A stretch of DNA of 64,000 nt from Prorocentrum cordatum (lineage: Eukaryota): the NCBI GenBank assembly GCA_963575745.1, contig CAUYUJ010000070.1:310001-374000 (forward strand). The letters are read 5' to 3'. A program made the position numbers and the translations under genes. This document shows, piece by piece, positions 38,791 through 48,400 of this stretch; within the stretch, counting starts at the first letter, position 1, and the number at the start of each line of letters is the position of its first letter. The notes below the pieces were generated by a model. The model was given only the letters and a program-made list of their open reading frames with translations, had not been told where the DNA came from and did not search any database.

Positions 38791-40517
38791 AATCAGCATC
38801 ACTTTCATCAGCATCCGCATTATTACGCATCGCCAGCATCAACGGTAAGCAAACGCAACACGAACGACAATAATAAACATCACCATCAATTTAGCACCAC
38901 CAGGTATCACCAACATCACCACCATAACCATGAAGGCTAAGCACCGCCAACAACAGCATACCACCAATTTACATCATCAGCATCATCAGCATCACTACTA
39001 ACACCACAATCGATACTATCAGCAGCAATCACAAACAACACAGCAGCAACACTCGTAGTAAGCATAACCACCAACATCTATATGTATATATAAATATACA
39101 CAAACATCTATATATATGTGTGTATATATATACACATACATACTGGCCTTCGGCCTATCCCGCCAACGTGCCTGGGTGGTGGGTCAGAGGCGTCATGGAT
39201 GCGGCGAATCCTTCGCGGACCCACCCACCCACCGCACGGTTCGGCAACGAGGCGGCGCTGACGGCAACGTGTCGAAACTTCGGCGGGCCCGCCCAGTGCA
39301 CGCGGCGGCAATGCTAGGTCCACAATACGCATGCAACGTGGCATAAACATCATAGAGCTCAAGTAACTTTATTATGCGACCCGCACCGCCCCCCAACACC
39401 CACCGCACGAACTAAACGTCATAAGTTTCAAGAGGCGATCACAAGTGCAATGCTACGGCCAACTGCGAAGGCTTTTATCGGCAACCTGTACGCACGTATG
39501 AAAATGATGTGGTGCATATGAAAACGCCCGGGATCGCATATATGTTGTTTTCATAAGTGTTTGTGTTTCGTAATTGCTAACATAAGCTTTCATACGTGAT
39601 TATGAATGTTTCGTCCATTTTACATACATAACTTTAAATCGTGTCGTTAACTTTTCGGTGAATCTTTATGTTGGCCTCATCATACACGTGTGAATGCCAT
39701 GCGGAAATTATAACTTCTCATTTGCGTTATATGTGTTTTAGACTTTAGCTTTGCCTCATACGTGCCTAGGCGGTTATAGTCGGTTATGACCAGGTTATAT
39801 ATATATATATAGAAGCTAGTTATAGTGCACCTTATAACGCCGCTTAAGCACTTATAAGGCAAGCCGACCAAAAAGGACATGGTAGTGGGGACCGTCCGGT
39901 CTCAGTCCGGGGTCAGTCTGGGGTCAGTCCGGGGTCAGTGTGGTCAGGCCGGGGTCAGTCCCGGGTCACTCTGGGTGGACCCCAATTGGAGCAAGTCTTG
40001 CGCAGCCGAGCCGACCGCCACAGTACGAGATACACGCGCACGTTGGGGCGAAAAGAGATATTGTAGTTTGCTTTAGGAAATGAGAGTGTGAGCGGGCCGA
40101 TCTAGTTTTCGGACTTGCGGAAGTCGGGTGCATCAATTTCCGATCTAGTTTAGCCGATACCTAGTTTCACCGATTTTTTTTGTAACGAGCGGAGAGTAGT
40201 TGAAGGGGCGTGCATTAATCATTTATACTTGGAAGCGCTTGGCAAATGTGGATCATACACATTGGACCAGCGTGAAGCACGTAGAAATACGTACGGATGC
40301 ATACGGTGGAAACAAAATGTGTGTTAAGTGCGGAGTTCGTTGGAAGACGCACCAAAAGTACAGCCAGCCAGCCTAACCCGATTGAGTAGCCGCACGAAGC
40401 ATTTCTTTCCATGCCCTTTCTTCTTGGTTCAAGCTTGCCTGAAGCGATGCCACTTCGGCCCCAGCCTAACTCAGGCATGCCTTTGTAACTGAACGCAACC
40501 TTAAGCACATTCGATCT

Positions 40518-41342
40518 ATGCTCGAGATTGCAAACAAATGCAGCATGATCTGCACGATGATGCTTACCTTCGCTTGCAAAGTGGGCGCCGACTCGCAGCT
40601 CATGCAGGTAAGGACCAACACGAAAGAAGCAAATAACGAGATGCCGCCAGAGTACCTAAACGTGGAGTGGCCGTGCTCGAATCCCACGATCGGCGCTTCT
40701 CTCTTCTCCCTGAGAGGAACGAGTGCAGCGGGAGCGCCATTCTACTCCAACTCAGACCACACTGACGTTCGTGTCGGGCCTGGCGCATACCTTTATTGGG
40801 ACCCCAGTTGTGACGCAGTTTCAGCAGGAGTACCTAGATGGATCGTTGATGTGGAGCAGCCAAGTGCGTCAGTTGCCAATGACCTCGATCTGGATACCCA
40901 GTGTTCTTATTTTGGGCATTACGCCACATCTCTTTCCAGTCATGTCCCTTTGGGGGCCTTACCTTTTTTCGCATACTGCGACGGTAATCTGACCGACATG
41001 ACGGTTACGATCACGGTCCCGCACGGAGCTGAGCCGGGGCTTGTGCTTGAGCCTGCTTCAAGAGCGTGCTACACATCTGTCCAGGGCGATAGGTGTTACG
41101 AACATGTATTGTGGGCTATGCAGACGGGAATCGTGGAGCACCCAGACTGGTATCAGGGCTTGACCAAGGACTCCAGCTTTGAGGACTTCCAGCAGCACTT
41201 GCACGGCTCGGCCAGGCTGTCCGCTGTCTGCCCCAAGCCATGTTTCGCACCGGAGGCGGCAAAGCTAGCTGCACGGACTTCAGACGGGATTCGCGATTTC
41301 ACTGACCCATTGGAGGGAACCTCAACGTACACTGAAGCATGA
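40518..41342 (+). CDS. Intronless gene for a Cys-containing protein of unknown function (possible retrogene)
   Basis: 274-aa non-repetitive ORF at lower GC than its surroundings. Contains CYTSVQGDRCYEHVLWAMQTGIVEHPDWYQGLTKDSSFEDFQQHLH...CPKPC, resembling a Cys-bounded module I recall from dinoflagellate proteins (unverified). Confidence 0.7.
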   Translation: MLEIANKCSMICTMMLTFACKVGADSQLMQVRTNTKEANNEMPPEYLNVEWPCSNPTIGASLFSLRGTSAAGAPFYSNSDHTDVRVGPGAYLYWDPSCDAVSAGVPRWIVDVEQPSASVANDLDLDTQCSYFGHYATSLSSHVPLGALPFFAYCDGNLTDMTVTITVPHGAEPGLVLEPASRACYTSVQGDRCYEHVLWAMQTGIVEHPDWYQGLTKDSSFEDFQQHLHGSARLSAVCPKPCFAPEAAKLAARTSDGIRDFTDPLEGTSTYTEA

Positions 41343-41948
41343 TGTTGGCACGTTTCATTCGCCCCTCCTTGTTTCCCCCCGCTTCCCCACACGCTTCCCC
41401 CTTCGCCTTTTGCTTCACATGCTCCCTTTTTGTTACTGTCAGGACTTGACATGGAGGATACTTCAAGTCTTCCCTGCAGGACTCCAACGGACGTCAAGTG
41501 GAGACGCCTGAGCCGACGCTGGAGCCTGGTGTTCCGAGGCTCGAACGGGTCTTCCAAAAAAATGGGGCCTCTTGGGAGTTTCCTGGGTGCCTCTTGGAGG
41601 TATCTTGTGGCCTCCTTGGGCATCTTGGGGGCTTTCGGGGGGCCTCTTTGGCCGTCTTATGCGGTGCCTGGCCCGTCTGAGGCCATCGTAGGCCTCTTGG
41701 GAGCTTCTCTGGGACGTCCTTGGGCCCTCTTTGGGTGCCATCTTGGACATCTTGGAAGCCTCGGGGGGCCGTCTGGGGAGCCTCTTGGGCCGTCCTGGGC
41801 CATCTTGGAGGCCTCCTGGGCGATCGTCGGGAAGTCTTGAGGTTTCTTGGGCCGTCGGAAAGCAGTTTTGAAGCACGTGCCAAACTCTTCCAACACCCGA
41901 CGGGAAATCAGAATGGTTGTTGCCGTCATTAGAGAGACCATGGTTTCG

Positions 41949-42024
41949 GTGTGTGTGTGTGTGCGTGTGTGTGTGTGTGTGTGTGTATGTGTGTGTGTGT
42001 ATGTGTGTGTGTGTGTGTGTGTGT
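41949..42024. repeat. (GT)n microsatellite at LINE 3' flank
   Basis: Directly visible. Confidence 0.98.
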
Positions 42025-42408
42025 TTTGGTGCTTTGGTGCCTCGGCGGCCTGGGGCGTCTGCACCTCGCCAGGCCCGTGCGCAGGGCCCTCGGGCGACGT
42101 CCGTCGCCTGCCGAGCCCGAGAGAGGGGCCGAGCCGCGGGCAGCGCCCCCGCGCGCTCCCCAGGGCGGGGCCGCCGTGGCCCCCTCGAGGCCGCGCCCCA
42201 CCCTAGGCCCCTCAGCCTGCCGCCAAGGGGGGCCGAAAAGCAGCGAGAAACGCGCCACGCCCAGGCCACCCGCAACGCGGGAAGGTAGGCCCGAGCGCCC
42301 CGAGCGGGGCGGCAGCCCCGCCCAGGCCCCTCAGCTCACGGATAACACCGCGCCAAGGGGGGCCGCACGCACTGAAACCAGACAGATCATTGAACGAGCA
42401 CAACGGCC

Positions 42409-45400
42409 TCACCTCAGATCCCGTCCAGTTTTTGGGTCCTGGCCGCGCTGGATGCGGCGGATGCGCCTGAGGCGCTCCCTGTCGCCTGGGTCACGCGGGT
42501 CCAGCCTCCTGCACGGCCCGCCGAGGTTCCTGGCCACCGAGCTGTAGTAGGAACCGCAAACCACGCAGACCACGAAGTGGCCGATGATCTCGACCGTATG
42601 CGGCCGCGGCTCCGACGAAGCGGCCCTGGCCGTCCCAGGCAGCGCCTGGCCACTCCTGGCGGGCTGGGCAGAGGCCGCCCGCCCGCGCGCACCCTGCTCT
42701 GGCTCCGAGGCCGCCGCGGCCGCAGCCGAGGGCGGCGGGGGCCCCGCCAGCGGTGCCAAGCCTCCCTGGCCCAAGCCCGCCGCCGCCGCCGAAGATGCTG
42801 GGGAACCAGTCCTTGGGGCCTTACCACCGTGTTTCAGGCTGCCCTGTCCAGCACGAGCTTGGTGTGCCGCCAAGGGGGCGGAGCACGCTGCGGCCGCTGC
42901 CTGGGTGGCAGCCTTGCCGTCCACGGCCAGGGAGCTGGCCAATTCGCCCAGATCAGCTCCAGGCTCACCATCAGGTTGAACCGCAGTCGACACCGTGGGA
43001 ACCGCTGCCCCAGCGCCAGCCACTCCACCGCCGACCACTTCTTGGGAACTGGTGGCTGCCGCACTGCGGATCCGCAAAACACCCTCCCGCCTCACCCCAC
43101 CCGCTGGAGCTCCCTCCTCCTGTGGCTGGAGTGCCCTGGGGGCGAGGTCGGGATTGGGCGACGACACGCGCTCCGACGCTTGGGTGCCGGTGGCCGCCGT
43201 GCCGCCTGCCTCCACCACCTCGAGGTCGCTGTGCACGCTGAGGGCCGCGAACTCGTCGGCATCGTCGTACCCCATGGCGCCCTCGGCTGCGCGGCCTGCC
43301 GCATCACCTCCTTGGTCGTCCTCCGAGGAGAGGGGCTCGAAGACCCACTGGTGCCACGAAGCCGTCTCAGGCGGGGCACGATCTCCCAGAAGCTCCTTGA
43401 AACGCTCCCTGACCTGGTTCAGCACGTCGAAGTGATGCCGAAGCAGCCGACGTCGCTGTTTGGCTGTCAAACCCGAGTCAGGCCGTACTCTGGCGAACTG
43501 GGCCTGACGGGCTGGCTCGGCCCGCGTCCAAGAGGTAGCGCATAGGTCGTCGACTACCTGCCCTAGAGTGCGGCCAGGGTTGCTGCGTAAAAGATGCTCT
43601 CGAACTGGAGTCCACGTCGCCAGGCTGAGAAACCTCTCAAGGTATTCCGAACACCACGTACGGTAGTCCCACTCGTTGGTGAAGCCTGCCACGTCGAAGC
43701 GATCGATCCAGAAAGACGCCCAGATGATGGCATCGTCCATGATGGAACGGACCTGCTGCTGCTCGAGCGTGATGTGCGGCTGGCTTGACGGGGTTCCCAT
43801 GCACGCAGGGCCGTCGGGTATCCGCTCCATCCTGCCCAGAGCCTCACGGGCTGCTGCGACATGAGCCCACAGCGGGTCGGGGCCCAGCTGGGAGGCTGGC
43901 GCAGGGTCGGGCTCTACCCGAGGCTCATCCTGATCTCCATGGTCTGCCCGTTGTCGGACAGGCCGAGCGGCGGCGCCTGCTGCCACGAGAAGAGGCACTG
44001 CCACCCTGCCTCTCTTGACCGCACTCTTGACTAACTTGCCCTGGAGCCCTTGGAGACGACCACGGCACTCCTGCAACTGAAAGGCCGCGAGGCGAGTGCG
44101 GGCAATCTTGCCGCAGCTGGTGCACTTGGAATAACCGCGGCACACTTCCAGAACGTGCGGGTGCCTGGGACCAGCCTGAGGTCGCGCTGCCTGCGGAATG
44201 TTGGCCTCTTGGCCCTGCTGTCGTTTGGGCCTAGGCTCCGCCAACTTGACCCCGTCGAGGAGGACCCTGAAGTGCCCGATGTACTCGAGCACGCGCTTGG
44301 TGGCCTTGAGCTCCTGCTTGACCTGCAACGTGGCCCACTCTGGCGGCGCGCTGAGGTCTGCCCCTTGCTTGGCCCATTCGTCTGCTAAATCATTGTGCTT
44401 CATATGAATCTGGACCTCCTCTGGCAGCTCTAGACGTTTGGCCTGCGATATGTGCGAGGTGACTTTGATGACAGACAGCTCTCTGCCAGGAAGGATGTCC
44501 ATGTCGTCCAGGCGGTCCCAGATCTCGAGCCAGACGTGCGCATAGGGCCTGGCCGAGGAGCAACACCATGCCCTGCCACGAGCCAAGCCTCGGACCACCT
44601 GGGCATTGTCAATGATGATGGCCGTGATGAAGAGCGCATGCCTGAGGGCGTGGAGGAGACCCCACAACTCTGCCAGGGCCGAGCTGGGGTCGGGAAAGGG
44701 CAGTGGGCCGTACAGGCCCTGCACCACATCATCGGCCTCCGCTGTGCACTGCAAAGCCGCCCAGCCGCCGTGCCTGAGGTCATCCAAGCCCTTGACTGAT
44801 CCGTCCGACACCAGCACACCCGTGAGCTCGGGGGCCGCGCCATTGACGATCCAATAGGTGCACTGCGACGGTAGACTCCAAGCCAAGCCGTAACATGGGG
44901 TCCGCCGCAAACCCCGTTCCCATAGCCACCTTGAGGCTTCCGACGAGGAGGCCGACACGCCCAGGTGGACGACGTCTCTGAAGGTAGGTGATGCGTCGTG
45001 GGCTGTCAGCTGCTCCCTTACTGTAGCACACGTCGGGCTGCCGCACCGCCAGTAATAGTGCTGGTGCGTGCCGAAACAGGTCGTGTCGTCGCACAGCTGG
45101 CAATACGGAGTGCCCGCCTGGCCCGACAAGAAAAGAGCCTCCTGCGAAGGGAAACCTCCCAGCACCGCCTTCTTGACCGCGTCGGCATGGTGCTGCAGCC
45201 ACCCGTCCTGCTTGCGTCGCTTGACCAACTGCCTCGCTGGGGTGAGCCACGGTGCTGGCAGGAGCGCCGCCCGCTCGGGCTGGGCCGCCGCCCACTGGCA
45301 CAAAGCTCGGGAACGGGCGGCCAACAGCACGGCGGCCTCAACGGACTTGGGGCAGATCTGCAGTAGATCCAGATGTACGTCCCCTCCTTGGAGCACTCCG

Positions 45401-48400
45401 CCACGTGGAGGCAAGACAACCTCAAAGGCTGATGGCATGCACCACCCATGGGCTCTAACTGTGACCGAGGTGGCCCCCGCTGGGCCGCGCACCACTGACC
45501 GCAACTCCTGCGCGTCGGCGTCGCTGTACATCGCGAGCTGTTGCTGCACTCGGGCCCATGCCGTGGCCTGCGCCCGTCGCCCCTCTGGGCGGTCCCAAGC
45601 TTCCCTGGCCCAGGCCAGCAGCGGCGCCAGAACGAGGGTGTCGGCACAACTGGGGTCGAGGCCGTCGTGCAAGACTCGGGAGGTAGAGGCTGTGGCGCCT
45701 CTGCGGACGGCCCGATCCTTCTGTTGGATGAAACGCACGATGGGCCTGGGCGTGCCACGGACACGGGCACCGTAGGCGACCGAGGCTCCGAGGCCCTGCC
45801 GCACGACCATCTGGAGCTTGCCCCCGCGTGCACGAGGAAGGCCGCGTATCTTAGGCCAGCGCTGCTTGGCTACCTTGAGCCTCGCGTGTCTGACTGGGGC
45901 TGACTGGTTCTCTGCGTTGACGCTGGGACCGTAGTCGATACCGAGCCACCGCTCAGAGGTGCTGGGTGGCACTCCCAGGACGGCCATGGCCTGCGTCAGG
46001 CCTGAAGACGGAGTGGCCGTTTGCAGGAAGGAGCACTTGCCTTTCGCCCCGTCCCGCGCTCGGGCTACCTCCAGGCCCAAGAAGGACTCCAGCATCCAGA
46101 ACAGCAAGCGCGTGGCCTGCGGCAAAATGTGCAGGACGCGCGCCTCGGTGGACATGACCCGCAGGGCGATGTCATCAACGTACAGGTAGATCGTGAGGCG
46201 GAAGACCCCCAGCAGGTCGTCTAAGCACAGCATGAGGTAGAACCTCAGGAAAGTGGGCGCGAAACGGCTGCCCGCTGGGAGCGCTGTGGAGGACAAGACC
46301 TCCGCCGAGCAGGCCTCCCCAAGACGAATGACACGGCCAAAGGCGAAACTCTCCAGCGCGAGCGCGACCACCTCCAGCGGGCCGCCCCACCAAGCTGCAA
46401 GCCACCACATACGCTCATGGGAAACCTTCTCATAACATTTGGCGAGGTCCGCCAGCATCGTAGCCGCACGTATGCCTGTGCCCAACACGAGCTCATCGTC
46501 CAACAAAGCTTTCCACAGGGCACGCTCGGAGGATTGGCCCGCCGCCGTGTAGTCGTAGCTCCTGGGGTGTGCCGCCAACCAACTCCTGATGGTGGGCATC
46601 TGCCACGCTTCCCAGATTCGGCAAGGGCCAGGTAGTAGAATGATGGGTCGGCCCCCTCCATCGAGCTTCCCGATGATGAACGCGAGCAGGAGGTGGATCT
46701 GAGTCGGCCACCGCCCCAGTTGTTGGCACCAGGCCAACAATGACGCGAGCACCGAGAGCGTGCCGTCCGTGAGGTACGCCCAAAGCTTTGGTTGCCATCC
46801 GTCCACGCCAATCCCCGTCTTGGCCTTGAAACGCTGGGCCAAGCCACGCAGGTGGTGCGGGCTGGGCGGCGTGACAGCGACTTGCTGGAGGCCTCTCCAT
46901 GGCTTGGGGAAACCTGAGCCAGTGACCCAGACCTTCGACCAGTCGTGCAACTCCTGGTCCACGGCGGCCTGAGGCTCCGCTGGGAGCAGCTTCTTGGATA
47001 TGCTGCCCTTGGGGGCCTGCCAAGCCTGGCGCCACTTGGTGACCCTGTGGAGGAGCCCCTGCGAGCCTGGGAAGTCGTCCTCCAACCGCTGCTTGAAGGA
47101 ATCTCGTCGTTCCTTGCCGATCTGCCACTCTAAGTACGAGGCATACTGACTGCAGCTGAGGCGCCACTCCGCGAGCTCCTGCAAGTCTTCGTAGCCGCGG
47201 TCCCGAGACGTGAAAACCTCGAAGAACTCCTGCAACTCAGCCACGCCTTCAACCAGCATGTGGCGTCTGAAGCGGTCACGCAACTTGCGAATGGAGGCGT
47301 GCCGCTGCTGGTGCAGCGTGGTGAGGACCAGGTCGGAAGCGCCCGTGTAGCTGAAAACCTTCACTTCAATGATGCCCAGCCAAGCCAACTCGTTGGCAAA
47401 CCACCTCCAGCGCTTGGCCTCCCCGTACGAGGCGATGGCCTCGGTGTGGGTCGGGAGCAACGGGCATTTCTTGAAGCGTGGTGGTCCCCCACGCCCTCGG
47501 CATTGATCGGCTTGCCGACTGCTGGGGTCCAAACCCACCTTTTGGATCAGTTCCTCCTCGGCGGCGTGGCAGAAGACCTCCCAGGTGCCGTCCAGGAGCT
47601 CCTGGGTAGGCACCGCATCGGGGTCGAAACCCGCAGGCACGTCTGGACATGAGAGATCGAAATGCTTCGGCTTGACTCCTGGGATCGGGAACTTGTGGGG
47701 TCGGATGAGCTTGGTGTAGGTAAAGGCGGACCAAGGCTGCAGAAACTCTACCCATGTGGCTCGATGAGGGTGGTAGACCGCGTCGTCGTCAATGCGGGCT
47801 GGGGAAATATTGGCCGCCAAACTGGAGTGCATCCAGAAGTAGTCGATCACGCGCTCACCATGCGGGGAGCGGTTGGTGCCCCCTTCCCCTTGCCATGCTA
47901 CGACACGGCCTCTAAGCTGGTTGTTCCACGGCGAACGCTCCAATGCGTCAGGTAGATTCTCCCAGTCCGCGATGACTAGCCAAGGCAGCTGGAGCTGGAC
48001 TGCCCACCCTGTGATGACCGACAGGAGAGCGGAATTGCCCACTGACGCCAGCTTCTGACCCGTGAAGCAATACGCACAGAAAACAAGTAACTTGCCGATG
48101 CCCTTGGCCTCGAGGGTGGCCATCAGGAGCCTGCCCGCACAACCTGGGGGCGATATGTCCCAGTGTCGCTGACCAGCTGCAAGGGTGACGCCGACGCAAG
48201 CAGGTATCGCCAGCATGACGCCCGCCGAGGCCCCTCCATTCGGGCCGTCCGTCGCTGGCGCGGGCAGGGCCCTCCAGCCCAAGGGCAGCAGGGCCCGTGC
48301 GCTCTCTTCGGCCCACAAACGCCGCTTGCCGTGCTCCTGGAAACCGATGATCGGAATCTTGCCCTCGGTGAGCTGCTGGTGTGCCGCTCCGTGGAGGTAG

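Larger units (their letters stand above)
27109..39887 (+). mobile_element. Decayed large TIR DNA transposon (CACTA/EnSpm-like) carrying several cargo pseudogenes
   Basis: Left end tgttaccatgtttttcatggttgg...taagtgc versus reverse complement of right end cactaccatgtcctttttggtcgg...taagtgc (29/44 identical by eye, mostly transitions). gggaccgtc is duplicated at 27100-27108 and 39888-39896. The element interrupts the GGGGTCAGTC satellite, which resumes at ~39897. Confidence 0.65.
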
